A stretch of DNA of 64,000 bases from Felis catus. Taxonomy: Eukaryota. The notes beneath the pieces are model-generated. The model saw only the letters and a program-made list of their open reading frames with translations. It was not told the origin of the DNA and made no database searches. Position numbers and translations under genes: made by a program. Where the stretch lies: NCBI RefSeq assembly GCF_018350175.1, contig NC_058368.1:50841815-50905814 (forward strand), given 5' to 3'. Every line of letters begins with the position of its first letter. Position 1 is the first letter of the stretch. Of this stretch, positions 40,433-53,796 are shown piece after piece.

Positions 40433-40665
40433 CCATGTAACATAACACAGTCAAAGAAGTGATAACTCATTACATTCCCAGGTTCCAGGGATTAGGGTGG
40501 GTGTGATGTTGAAGACCTTTCCAAGAAGCTCCCTACCATACTTACTCTATAGTTCTTTTAAAGAATGTGGAGATCTTGTGTTCTGAGTTCCCTTAGTATC
40601 CTCTTCTCAAAACACATTCCGTTTTGCTCCCAAGGCAGAATGTAGACCCACTGATTTTCTTCAAC

Positions 40666-41065
40666 TCTTTATTGAACTGTAACTGATACACAAAAACTAT
40701 ACATTTTTAATGTATCAATTTGATGAGTTTGTGCATATGCAAATACCTGTGAAATCATCATTACAATCAAAGTAATAGATCTATCCATCACCTCCAAAAG
40801 TTGCCTGTGTCCCTTTGTTTTCTTTTGTGTGTGTGCACGGTAAAAACATTTAACATGAGATTTACCTTCTTAACAAAAGTTTAAGGGCACAATACAGCAT
40901 TGTTTTTTTTTTACTTTTAAAAGTTTTGTTGTATTTTTTTTTCAATATATGAAGTTTATTGTCAAATTGGTTTCCATACAGCATTGGTAACTGTAGAGAG
41001 TATGCTACACAGCAGATCTCTGGAACATATTCATCTCGCACAACTGAAATTTTATGCCCATTAAA
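40666..41065 (-). mobile_element. L1MA/MB-type 3' end
   Basis: 'ctttattgaa...tatccatcacctccaaaag...cagcagatctctggaacatattcatct'. Confidence 0.8.
40903..40975 (-). mobile_element. Minimal felid L1 3'-tail insertion
   Basis: Reverse of 'ggaaaccaatttgacaataaa(c)ttcatatattg' plus A-rich tail; TSD atacagcattg (40892-40902 / 40976-40986). Confidence 0.9.
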
Positions 41066-43996
41066 TTCTTCCTTGGTTCAGAGTAGTTTTTCTTTTTAAC
41101 TTCCTTAAAAGAACTTCCTTTTAGTATACTGAACTGGGGCTATTAGTCTCTCCTCACAAAGCCCTGAGACACCTAGGCCCCTAAATTCTTTTTCAGGGGT
41201 TCCATCACCGGAAGTTGGAAAGACAGTTATATAATTCAAATACCAGGAGCACTTTAGGTAGTTCCAAAGTGCTCAAAGTAGCTTTGTGAATGGTGACTCT
41301 GGATTACACAAGAGGCACACATGCACAGCCGGTGCATTAGGGAACTTCTCTGTAGTCTACCCTTTGCATAGCTGCTGCATTTGCTAAACGCAACGTATTC
41401 ATCAAAGCAAGTTGTTCGTGTTGACCTCACTTGTTTAGAATGAAAACTCTGAGGTCTGAGCATTTTTTCTTTCCAAATTCTGAGCCCTCCCAAAGAAAGG
41501 GGAGTGATTTCCCTGCAGCCACTTAAGCCCCTGGCGTGAACTGCACAGACTTTTTCTGAGAAAGCTAGGACTTCTGAAGCACCTCTTGATCTCCAGATGC
41601 TCTGTCCGGTCATTTCCTGTCTAAACACAGATTGTGCTTCTTTTGCCTCTTTTTACAATTTTCCTATCACTTAACAACACTGCCCTCTCTGCCTTCTACA
41701 TGAGAGTCTCTGCCAAACGTTTTCCCCATACGTAGGCAATGCATCATACTTTCTGAGAGCCACAATATCCATTAATAAGCAGGAATTATTGTGGGCTTGG
41801 GGCCCAGAGATGAGCCTTGACCCAAATGCCTTTCTCAACAGGCAAGAGGGAGAGAGCTGGCAGCCTCTGTCGGGTAGGAGGCTGGAGAAGCCAGCCAAAC
41901 ACAGCCATTCTGAACCAGCATGCACAGGACCTGAGCAGGTCTTTCCGGGGACTCAGACTGCAAAACATACTGCAGGCAGGAGGAGAAACTGAAGGGGTCA
42001 CCCAGGGAAGAGGGGATAAGCCTCAGTCGTGACACAGAAGAAGGCATGACTGAATAGAAGCCACAGGAAAAGTAAATAAAGGTAGTGTGAGAGTGGAAAG
42101 GAGGGAAAAGCAGAGACAGAGAAACAGAGATGGCAGAGTGGTAAGGTAGCCAGAAGAGGAAGCGAGGGGTTCCACCTCTGAGGGCAGAGTCCAGAGGTCT
42201 TTAACCTCTAGAGCAACCCCTGCAGCAGTCATGATGGGCAGTGCAGCTGTGCCGGGGGGCGTGCAGAGGGAGCTTCCTTAAAATCATTCCCCACCACCTA
42301 AGGTTATGGAACATTTGACTTCATTTTTTTAAATGGTATTTTCTTCCATGGTTCATACCCTCAAATGGACTCTGGCTCCATTATATAGGTTAAACTCAAG
42401 TTATTACACTTCAGATAAAGAATATTTACATACCACCACAAATTGTCCTCTTAATGGAAACACTACTGATTTTCTAAGGCAGACTTCAATTTTATATGTA
42501 AAAGCCAAGTTCCTATGAGCAGGTTCAAAGTGTTTAACCAAAAATTTACAGTACATGAAAGGGAAGGGTATCCTCCTAATGATCTCCAACTATTTAGGGA
42601 ATGTATGTGGCCCAAAGTTATGGCAATCACTTCTTTTAAACACTTTTCATAATATATATATAAGACTCTAATAGAAAACTGCACCCCAAGAAATATCACA
42701 AAGTGAAAACCTACATAACCATTACCAAAGTCAAGAAACGGAACATATTTTTCATGTTCTCCCTCAGTAACTGCTTCCTTCTTCCTCCTGAAAGGTAACT
42801 GCTACCTGTAATTCTTCTTCTGGTCCACACTTACCTTCCGTCCCCTTGGTCCTATGTAGCTGCCAAAGTGCTGCTGTGTTTCTTAGCAGATATCCCTGGG
42901 GAAAAACTGACCCAAATACTGGACTTACCCTTCTGGACTTCCTTTTCCATCCATATCTTCGCTCTATAATTCTTTACCACCTTGTTAACTCACTAATGCT
43001 TTCAAGCAGATATTTTTGGTTTATTTTTCCACCTTTCATAGCTATCTTCTATGTTATAGTTGGACTGAATTACTTTATCAGCCATACCAGAAGTGGAAAT
43101 CCCAGGCAGATGAAACCTGCAGTCACTCTTTTAACCTCTTTCTGCTCAGCTACAAAGAGCATGAGAGTATTTTCATGGCTCGGCATGCAGACATAGAGTA
43201 GTGAACTTGACCCCAGTATTTTATCTTCTTTTATATTAGCCTACAGTCTTCTTCTAGACATAGTACATAACACTTTGACAGCATCTGAACTTATTTTTAA
43301 CACTAACTTATTTTTAACCACTTAACTGAAGGATTCTAGTGCTTATCCATTCAACACTTGTCTAACCAAAATGCTGGTTTGCATTCACTTATAAATTCAT
43401 TCAAATATTTATTGATGGTTTCTATGTGCCAAACATTGTTCTAGGAACTAGAATGAGATGGGCAAGAGTTTTGCCTAGGAAACCAAACAAATACTTGAAT
43501 GAGTCAGAAAATTGACAGAGAGTGGAAGAAAAATGATTATGTATTAAGAAACGTTATGTGAAGAATTGATATAGACTGAGGTGAGAGAGTGAACAATAAT
43601 CACTTTACCATGCAAATCCTGAAAGGCTTTTCTGAGGAGATGCTACTAAAGCTCAGATCTGAATGATAAGAAGGAACCACAGTGTGAGGTCAGAGAGAAA
43701 AGCACTCTAGGTAGAGCATAGAGTTTGTGCAAAACCTCTGAGGCCAGAACAAGCCTGATTCATTCAAAGAATAGAACACAGGCCAGCATGGCTGAGTGTA
43801 ATGAACGAAAGGTAAGGTGATATAAATGAGACAAGAGTCACAAACTGGACCCAGATTATGGTAGGTTTTGTCAACCAGTATAAGCAGTTGATATTTTATT
43901 CTCATTGTCATAAGTTTGGGGAAGATTTAAGTGAGTTTGGGAAGGGAGAAGAAAGGTGGAGCTGACACGATCTAGGTTACATTTTTAAAATGATTT

Positions 43997-44213
43997 CACC
44001 TGGGTATCTCAGTCGGTTAAGCATCTGACTCTTGATTTCATGTCCTGTCATGATCTCAGGGTTGTGAGATTGAGTCCTGTGTCAGGCTCTGTGCTGACAG
44101 CATGGAGCCTCCTTGGGATTTTCTCTCTCCCTCTCTGCTCCTCCACCACTCACGCACTATCTCTCTCTCTCTCTTTCAAAATAAATAAGTAAACTTTAAA
44201 AAATATAAACATA
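43997..44213 (+). mobile_element. CAN-SINE, older subfamily
   Basis: 'cacctgggtatctcagtcggttaagcatctgactcttgatttc...' followed by CT block and tail. Confidence 0.92.
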
Positions 44214-44438
44214 GGGGCGCCTGGATGGCGCAGTCGGTTAAGCGTCCGACTTCAACCAGGTCACGATCTCGCGGTCCATGAGCTCGAGCCCCGCGTCGGG
44301 CTCTGGGCTGATGGCTCAGAGCCTGGAGCCTGTTTCCGATTCTGTGTCTCCCTCTCTCTCTGCCCCTTGCCCGTTCATGCTTTGTCTCTCTCTGTCCCAA
44401 AAATAAATAAACGTTGAAAAAAAAATTAAAAAATAAAT
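44214..44438 (+). mobile_element. Young felid CAN-SINE inserted in the tail of the preceding SINE
   Basis: TSD atataaacata (44203-44213 / 44439-44449). Confidence 0.95.
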
Positions 44439-46599
44439 ATATAAACATAAATATAATGATATCTCTGGCTGCCATGTTGTGATTATATTGTGTAGGAGTA
44501 TATTAATTAGGGTTAAATAAAAAAATGTTTAAAAAATTACTTAGTGTCTTTTAAACAAAGGCTATTTAGTACTAGGAATTTGTGACACAGCTAATAGAAG
44601 ACCTAGGAGTTCAAACAGGGTATGGTGAAGCAACTTGAGATTCACCATGGCCTCTACTACTTCCAGGACAAAAGAAACCAAGAGAGGTAGCATGACCAGG
44701 GTCTAGATGCTGGAGGCATTCTACCCACATTATCGTGGCAGGGGCCTCCTGGTAGAGGTAGGTCTACAGAAGATGGGACTATCTGGAGCAGCCAGAGCCA
44801 CAGAAAAGATGTGGTATGTGAGCCATCACAGCAAGCAATCTCCCACTAATTCCTTCTACTAGGCAAGTCTACTCAGAAGCCAGAGGGCAAGGGAGGCTGG
44901 AAAGTTCAGTTCTCTGGGGCACAGAGCTGAAGAAGAGATCAGAGAACAAAACTACAGTGGGCCAGCCCAGGGGACAAAAGTAGAAACAAGGAAACCAAGA
45001 GGAGGCTGCTGCAGCAGGCCAAATGAAAATTAGAGTAGACTGGACCAGGAGAGTAGAAGTGGAAATGAACATAAATGAATGGAGTCAATCTATTTGAAAT
45101 GTGGTCAACAAAACTCATTTGGAGAGTGGATGTAGCAAGTGAGATAAAGTGTAAACTTAGGGGTAACTCAGAGTTTTTACTTGAGCAACTGAAGGGATAA
45201 TACCATCTACAAAGATGAAAAAGACTTTAAAAAATCAGTGGACTTCAGATGTGCTAGAGTTAAAAATTCTGTTCTGGCCATGTTAAATTCAAAGTTTCAG
45301 ATCTCTATGTGGAGATTTCTAGTAGGCATTGGATATATGAATCTAGAATTATGGGCAAATATCAGGACTCAAGATATAGACTTGGGAGTCATTGGTATAT
45401 ACGTTGTTTAAAAAAAATGGGATGCATGAAATTACCAAAGGAAAATACATAGACAGAGAGAAGAGGCCCAAGAGTCTTCCAGTACTGAATGCTGTTGACA
45501 AGTCAACAAGAATAAAAACAGAGACATGACCATTGTATTGGCAACACAAAGATCATTTATGATTTTGACAGTAGCCACCCAGTTTAGTTGAGAGCATAGA
45601 AGCCAAATTAGAACTGGTTGATGAGAGAATATAAATATCAAGGGGGGGGAGGGGACTATTTTGAAGAAAGTTTCTCCCAATGAGGAGCAGAGAAATAGAG
45701 CTATAGCCACAAAGGAGTGAGTTTTTTTCATCTTTTTAAAGATAGGATACTTAAGACAGGGGAGAAATTTGATTAGATATTGATGGAAATTATCCAGTAG
45801 GGGGATACAGAAGATATAAGAGACAGAGGAGGAAAATTGATAGAGCCAAGACCTTAAAAAGTTAAGAAAAATATGATGCAAAGCAAACAAATTGAGGGGT
45901 TTGGCCCTTGACAGGGACACTCCATCCACAGCAACGGAGGACAAATCAGAGTTGGCCTCAGAGGCGAGTAGGCTGGTAGTTGGGGATCTTGGAGAGATTC
46001 TGTTTGATTACATCTGTTTCAATAGTGAAACATGAGACAAGGTCATCAGCAAAGTGTGAGGGAGTAGAGTATGTAAGAGTTTAAGGAGAGTTTGAGAGGG
46101 TTTGAAATTGTTTTGGAAAATGAAAAATAAAATATGCAAGGGATGTACATTGTCCTCTATGACAGCATCATTGGAGTAGATGACTAGCAGAGTTTAACTA
46201 GGCAAGTGCAACAGAGAAATGAAGGACTTGAGGGAAGTTATGGGTTTATGATGGTGAACTATAGAAACAAAGTTGAGTCATTGGGAAATGAGTGGCTAGC
46301 TCTCCCCTATGTGGATGTATAACATACCTAGCTAATCACCTACATGACAGCACGCAATGCAATTTTCTTTCATTATGACAGAATGTGTGTATATGGCAGA
46401 ACATCTGCTCAAAGCCAAGAATTACCAACCTGACCAAATCAAGGAATAGAATCCAAGGGTTTTCAATGAAAAACTATGAGTGTCTTCTACTTTGGGAGTT
46501 CATTCTTAATTCCTTACAAAATAAATAGTTGTATCATTCAATTATCTCTTCACATGATATAACTAGAGGGGGAGGGTATTAGTATCTTTATCTACTCAC

Positions 46600-46652
46600 T
46601 GTGTGTGTATCTACTATTGTGTGTGTGTGTGTGTGTGTGTGTGTCTGTGTGT

Positions 46653-46684
<32 letters not shown>
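46600..46684 (+). repeat. (TG)n microsatellite, interrupted
   Basis: Direct reading. Confidence 0.95.
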
Positions 46685-47232
46685 TTAATTTTGGTATTGA
46701 GATCCCTATGTGAACTCTGTAAACTCTACTAAGCTTGGTCAAATAAATCAGATTCTGACTTAAACAAAGATCCCCTTATTGTACAGACTGGCTTATTTCA
46801 CCAAAATATGAAGCAGCCATACATTAGGAACATTTTTAGAAACCAGAAAACAGATCATAAGAAGCTCGGGGAGAAAAATCATTTTAAAACCATTTTATAG
46901 ACTGTTACAAACAGACAGGATACCCAAGAAGTTAGGACTTAGGACTAAATTAATTGGATTATATATCATTATGTAGACGTAACCATAGTAATGGGAGTCT
47001 TCTTTTTTCTTTCAGCAATTTAAGCAACTGAAAAATTTTCAGAAGCTGCATAAATATGGGCAATATTCAACCTTTCAGGGCCTCATCTTCCTGTACTGTG
47101 AAATTAAGGGTTACTCTCATATAATCTCAATTTTTTTTAATTTTATGATTCTGTAACTATGACCAAGGATCAGAGGCTAAATGTTTTTAATAAAAGAATC
47201 CACAGCTGGGAGTAAAAGTAAGCCCCAAAGTG

Positions 47233-47549
47233 ATCAAACCAGTATGGTAATGGCACAAAAATAGACCCACACATCAATGAAACAGAATAGAAAACCCAGA
47301 AATGAACCCACAACTATATGGTCGATTAATCTTCGACAAAGCAGGAAAGAATATCCAGTGGAGAAGAAGTCTCTTCAACAAATGATGTGGAGAAAACTGG
47401 ACACCAACATGCAAAAGAATGAAACTGAACCATTTTCTTACACCAAACACAAAAATAAATTTCAAATGGATTAAAGACCTAAATGTGAGATCTGTAACCA
47501 TAAAAATACTAGAGGGGAACACAGGCAGTAACCTCTTTGACGTCAGCCA
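47233..47549 (+). mobile_element. Carnivore L1 ORF2 C-terminal fragment without a 3' end
   Basis: Homologous to 52620-52940 of the felid L1 ('tggcacaaaaa...ttcgacaaagcaggaaagaatatcca'). Confidence 0.88.
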
Positions 47550-49037
47550 AATGTGTTTCTTTCCAAGCAGGACAGAGAAAACGAACAGAGAATGGATTAA
47601 GATGAAAGTGTCAAATGGAGAATAACCACCACAGATATCAAGATCATTAACAGATCTTAAGATGTGGTTGGTCTGTTGTGAAGACTGCTTACTGTGACCT
47701 TAACTCAAGTGACTTGAATTCACATTTTAAAATATCATACCATGAAACTGGATCACTTTTTTTTTCACCATACAGAAAAATAAACTCAAAATGGATGAAA
47801 GACCTAAATGTGAAACGTGAAACCATAAAAATCCATGAAGAGAGCACAGGCAATAATTTCTCTGACATCAGCCAAAGCAACTTCTTTCTACTGATATGTC
47901 TCCTGAGGCAAGGGAAACAAAAGCCAAAATAAACTATTGGGACTTCATCAGAATAAAAACTTCTGCACAGTGAAGGAAAAAATCAACAAAACTAAAAAGG
48001 CAACCTACAAAATGGGGGAAGATATTTGCAAATGTCATATCTTATAAAGGGTTAGTATCCAAAATCTATAAAGAACTTAAAAAACTCGGAGAGAGACTGG
48101 AAGATAGTGGCATAGGAGGATGCTCGGCTCACCGCATCCTGCTGATCACTTAGATTCCACCCACATCTGTCTAAATAACCCAGAAAACCGTGGAAGACTA
48201 GCTGAACAGACTCTCTGGAGCCAAGCATAGACAAGAGGCCCATGGAAGAGGGTAGGAAGGGCAGAGAGGCCGTGCATGCTACACGGACTGGCAGGAGGGA
48301 GCTGGGGTGGTGGAGGGGCAGCCCACCAGGCAAGGCAGAGCCTCTGAAGTCTGGCTTGCAAAAGCAGAGGGGCTGGACTGGGTGAGTTCTGACATCCAGC
48401 GGGACTTAACATCTGGAATGTTAAAAGTCAACAGCTCTGCTCTCAGAGAGCGGCAAGGGTGAGAGGATGCCGGGAGGGAGAGTTGTCGAGCCCGGGAAGA
48501 CAGAGCTGAGCTTGGCAGGAAGACAAAGTCACTAGCAAGCGCCATCTCCCTCTCCCATCCCCCCAGCCGAAATTCCAAAGGAAACCAGTTCCCATCCCCG
48601 AACTTGCTTGCACCTCGAAAACACCCAAGGTTGTGCTTCTGTGGATCCATCCCTCCGACGGGCCTGCCTCCCTCCTGTTGCTGCAGGGCCCCTCCTGCAA
48701 GGGACCACCTACAGCAAAGCGAGCTAAGCCTGCCCCTCCTGCCCCTGTGCACCTTACAGATTCACCCCAGCTAATACGCCCTTGGTCAGATCCCATCAAA
48801 GCACCACCACAAGCCTGGAAGTGTGCAAGTAGCCCAGACAGGGGCCACACCACTCCACAGTGACTCCTGACCGTGGGAAAGGGGAAGATAAGGTACACAC
48901 CAGTCTGACTATGGCCCCAGCAGTGGGCTGGGGACAGACATCAGGTCTGACTGCAGCCCCACCCACCAACACAAGTTACTCCAGACAGCACAGGGGAAGT
49001 GCCCTGCAGTTCTGTGCCACTCCAGGGACTACCCAAA

Positions 49038-49928
49038 ATGATGAAATGGAAGAATTCTACTCAAAAGAAACTCCAGGAAGTAGCAACTGCTAGTGAATTG
49101 ATCTAAAACGATTTAGGCAATATAACAGAACAAGAATTTAGAATAAGAGTCATAAAATTAATCGCTGGGCTTGAAAAAAGTATAGAGGACAGCAGAGAAT
49201 CTATTGCTACAGAGATCAAGGGATTAAGAAATAGTCACCAGGAGCTAAAAAATGCTATAAATGAGGTGCAAAATAAAATGGAGGCGATCACAGCATGGAT
49301 TGAAGAGGCAGAAGAAAGAATAGGTGAACTAGAAGATAAAATTATGGAAAAAGAGGAAACTGAGAAAAAGAGAGATAAAAAAGTCCAGGAATATGAGAGG
49401 AGAATTAGAGAACTAAGTGACACAATTAAACGTAATAATATATGCATAATTGGGATTCCAGAGGAGGAAGAGAGAGGGAAAGGTGCTGAACATGTACTTG
49501 AAGAAATAGCTGAGAACTTCTCTGATCTGGGGAAGGAAAAAGGCATTGAAATCCAAGAAGCACAGAGAACTCCCTTCAGACTTAACTTGAATTGACCTTC
49601 TGCACGACATATCATAGTGAAACTGGCAAAATACAAGGATAAAAAGAAAATTCTGAAAGCAGCTAGGGATAAACAAGCTCTAACCTACAAAGGGAGACCC
49701 ATAAGACTAGTGGCAGACCTATCTACTGAAACTTGGCAGGCCAGAAAGGAATGGCAGGAAATCTTCAATATGATGAACAGAAAAAATATGCAGCTGAGAA
49801 CCCTTTATCCAGCAAGTCTGTCACTCAGAACAGAAGGAGACATAAAGGTTTTCCCAAACAAACAAAAACTGAAGGAATTCATCACCACTAAACCAGCCCT
49901 ACAAGACATCCTAAGGGGGCCTCTGTGA
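49038..49928 (+). pseudogene. L1 ORF1p, in frame but with stops at 49104 and 49593
   Basis: Coiled coil 'EAEERIGELEDKIME', 'NNICIIGIPEEEE', 'LTYKGRPIRLVADLS', 'LKEFITTKPALQ'. Confidence 0.93.
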
Positions 49929-49996
49929 GTGAAATGTTGCAAGAACCACAAAGTACCAGAGATATCACTACAAGCATGAAACCTGGAGACACCACA

Positions 49997-52900
49997 AAGA
50001 CTCTAAACCCATATCTTTCAATAATAACACTGAATGTAAATGGACTAAATGCTCCAACCAAAAGACATAGGGTATCACAATGGACAAAAAACCAAGACCC
50101 ATCTATTTGCTATCTACAAGAGACACATTTTAGACCTGAGGACACCTTCAGATTGAAAGTGAGGAGGTGGAGAAGTATCTATCATGCTACTGCAAGTCAA
50201 AAGAAAGCTGGAAGAGTCATACTATCAGACAAACTAGACTTTAAAGGTTGTAACAAGAGATAAAGAAGGGCATAATATAATAACTACAGGGTGTATCCAA
50301 CAGGAGGAGCTAACAATTATAAATGTCTATGCACCAAATTCAGGGCACCCAAATATATAAAACAATCACAAACATAAGCAACCTTATTGATAAGAATGTG
50401 GTAATTGCAGGGGACTTTAATACCCCACTTACAACAATGGATAGATTATCTAGACACAGGATCAATAAAGAAACAAGGGCCCTGAATGATACATTGGATC
50501 AGATGGACTTGGCAGATATATTTAGAACTCTGCATCCCAAAGCAACAGAATATACTTTCTTCTCGAGTGCACATGGAACATTCTCCAAGATAGATCACAT
50601 ACTGGGTCACAAAACAACCCTTCATAAGTATAAAAGAACTGAGACATACCATGTACACTTTCAGACCACAATGCTATGAAACTTGAAATCAACCACAGGA
50701 AAAAGTCTGGAAAACCTCCAAAAGCATGGAGGTTAAAGAACACCCTACTAAAGAATGAATGGGTCAACCAGGCAATTAGAGAAGAAATTTAAAAATATAT
50801 GGAAACAAAATGAAGATGAAAATACAACAATCCAAATGGTTTGGGATGCAGCGAAGGCAGTCCTGAGAGGAAAATACATTGCAATCCAGGCCTATCTCAA
50901 GAAACAAGAAAAATCCCAAATACAAAATCTATCAGTACACCTAAAGGAAATAGCAGAACAGCAAAGGCAGCCTAAACCCAGCAGAAGAAGAGAAATAATA
51001 AAGATCAGAGCAGAAAGAAACAATATAGAATCTAAAAAAAAACTGTAGAGCAGATCAATGAAACCAAGAGTTGTTTTTTTTAAAAATAAACAAAATTGAT
51101 AAACCTCTAGCCAAGCTTCTCAAAAAAGAAAAGGGAGATGACCCAAATAGATAAAATCATGAATTAAAATGGAATTATTACAAACAATCCCTCAGAAATA
51201 CAAGCAATAATCAGGGAACACTATGAAAAATTATATGCCAACTGGACAACCTGGAAGAAATGGACAAATTCCTAAGCACCCACACACTTCCAAAACCCAA
51301 ACAGGAAGAAATAAAAAACTTGAAGAGACCCATAACCAGCAAAGAAATTGAATCAGTTATCAAAAATCTCCCAACAAATAAGAGTCCAGGACCAGATGGC
51401 TTCCCTGGGGAATTCTACCAGACATTTAAAGCAGAGGTAATACCTATTCTTCTCAAGCTGTTCCAAAAAATAGAAAGGGAAGGAAAACTTCCAGACTCAT
51501 TCTATGAAGCCAGCATTACTTTGATTCCCAAGCCAGACAGAGACCCCGCAAAAAAAGAGAACTACAGGCCAATATCCTTGATGAATATGGATGGAAAAAT
51601 TCTCAACAGGATATTAGCAAATCGAATTCAGCAGCATATAAAAAGAATTATTCACCATGATCAAATGGGATTAATTCCTGGGCTGCAGAGCTGGTTCAAC
51701 ATTCACAAATCAATCAATGTGATACCTCACATTAATAAAAGAAAAGAAAAGAACCATATGATCCTGTCAATCGATGCAGAAAAAGCATTTGACAAAATTC
51801 AGCATCCTTTCTTAATAAAAACCCTCAAGAAAGTTGGGATAGAAGGAACATACTTAAACATCATAAAGGCCATTTATGAAAAGCCTACAGCTAATATCAT
51901 CCTTAATGGCAAAAACTGAGAGCTTTCCCCCTGAAATCAGGAACACGACAGGGAGGTCCACTTTCACCGCTGTTGTTTAACATAGTGTTGGAAGTGCTAG
52001 CATCAGCAATCAGACAACAAAAGGAAATCAAAGGCATCAAAATTGGCAAATATGAAGTCAAGCTTTCACTTTTTGCAGATGACATGATATTATACATGGA
52101 AAACCCGATAGACTCCACCAGAAGTCTGCTAGAACTGATACATGAATTCAGCAAAGTCACAGGATACAAAATCAATGTACAGAAATCAGTTGCATTCTTA
52201 TACACTAATAATGAAGCAACAGAAAGATAAATAAATAAAATGATCCCATTCACAATTGCACTAAGAATCATAAAATACCTAGGAACAAACCTAACCAAAG
52301 ATGTAAAAGATCTGTATGCTGAAAACTATAGAAAGCTTATGAAGCAAATTGAAGAAGATATAAAGAAATAGAAAAACATTCCGTGCTCATGGATTGGAAG
52401 AATAAATATTGTTAAAATGTCAATACTACCCAAAGCTATCTACACATTCAATGCAATCCCAATCAAAATTACACCAGCATTCTTTTCAAAGCTAGAACAA
52501 GCAATCCTAAAATTTGTATGGAATCACAAAAGACCCCGAATAGCCAAAGTAATATTGAGGGAGAGACCAAAGCGGGAGGCATCACAATCTCAGACTTTAG
52601 CCTCTACCACAAAGCTATAATCATCAAGACAGCATGGTATTGGCACAAAAACAGACACATAGACCAATGGAATAGAATAGAGATTCCAGAATTAGACCCA
52701 CAAAAGTATGGCCAACTAATCTTTGACAAAGCAGGAAAGAATATCCAATGGAAAAAAGACAGTCTCTTTAACAAATGGCGCTGGGAGAGCTGGACAGCAA
52801 CATGCAGAAGAATGAAATTAGACCACTTTCTTACACCATTCAAAAAATAAACTCAAAATTGATAAAGGACCTGAGTGTGAGACAGGGAACCATCAAAACC

Positions 52901-53796
52901 CTGGAGGAGAAAGCAGGCAAAAACCTCTCTGACCTCAGCCACAGTGATTTGTTACTTGACACATCACCAAAGGCAAGGGAGTTAAAAGCAAAAATAAACT
53001 ATTGAGACCTCATGAAGATAAAAATATTCTGCACTGCAAAGGAAACAATCAACAAAACTAAAAGGCAACCAACGGAATGGGAAAAGATATTTGCAAATGA
53101 ATATCGGACAAAGGGCTAGTATCCAAAATCCATAAAGAACTCACCAAACTCCACACCCCAAAAACAAATAATCCGGTGAAGAAATGGGCAGAAAACATGA
53201 ATAGACACTTCTCTAAAGAAGACATCCAGATGGCCAACAGGCACATGAAAAGATGCTCAACGTTGCTCCTCATCAGGGAAATACAAATCAAAACCACACT
53301 GAGAGATCACCTCACGCCAGAGGGTGGCTAAAATGAACACATCAGGAGACTGTAGATGCTGGCGAGGACGTGGAGAAACAGGAACCCTCTTGCACTGTTG
53401 GTGGGAATGCAAATTAGTGCAGCCACTCTGGAAAACAGTGTGGAGGTTCCTCAAAAAATTAAAAATAGATCTACCCTATGACCCAGCAATAGCACTGCTA
53501 GGAACTTACCCAAGGGATACAGGAGTGCTGATGCATAGGGCACTTGTGCCCCAATGTTTATAGCAGCACTTTCAACAATAGCCAAATTATGGAAAGAGCC
53601 TAAATGTCCATCAACTGATGAGTGGATAAAAAAATTGTGGTTTATATACACAACGGAATACTACGTGGCAATGAGAAAGAATGAAATATGGCCTTTTGTA
53701 GCAATGCAGATGTAACTGGAGAGTGTTATGCTAAGTGAAATAAGTCATACAGAGAAAGACATATACCATATGTTTTCACTCTTATGTGGATCCTGA
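49997..53796 (+). pseudogene. L1 ORF2p (APE endonuclease and reverse transcriptase), start codon lost, many frameshifts and stops
   Basis: EN motifs 'TLNVNGLN', 'LQETH', 'GDFNTPL', 'SKIDHIL'; RT motifs 'KSPGPDGF', 'YRPISL', 'DAEKAFD', 'LFADDM' (FADD 52072-52083); C-terminal 'HCWWEC'. Confidence 0.95.

Larger units (their letters stand above)
38855..40540 (-). mobile_element. MaLR LTR (MLT1E/F-like), outer element of the LTR nest; parts 38855-39331 and 40433-40540
   Basis: 'aattaccataaacttagtgactg...tctcacagttctgtaggtcagaag...tccatcttcaagccagcaatgg'; sequence resumes 'ccatgtaacataac...ctaccata' after the inner elements. Confidence 0.8.
43393..46270 (-). mobile_element. L2 (L2a-like) remnant, interrupted by two SINEs and an LTR-like segment (~44500-44960)
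   Basis: Reverse L2 tail 'attcattcaaatatttattga...tgtgccaaacattgttctagg' and body motifs such as 'gaaaggcttttctgaggagatg', 'ggccatgttaaattc', 'agaagccaaattagaactgg'. Confidence 0.8.

Noticed and set aside
48052..48898. Several antisense ORFs in the L1 5' UTR (ORF0-like?)
   Set aside because: GC-rich sequence is stop-poor and ORF0 is described for primate L1; no support here.
51260..51919. 219-aa ORF as an active or domesticated reverse transcriptase
   Set aside because: It is a fragment of L1 ORF2 bounded by frameshifts and lacks the FADD motif in frame.
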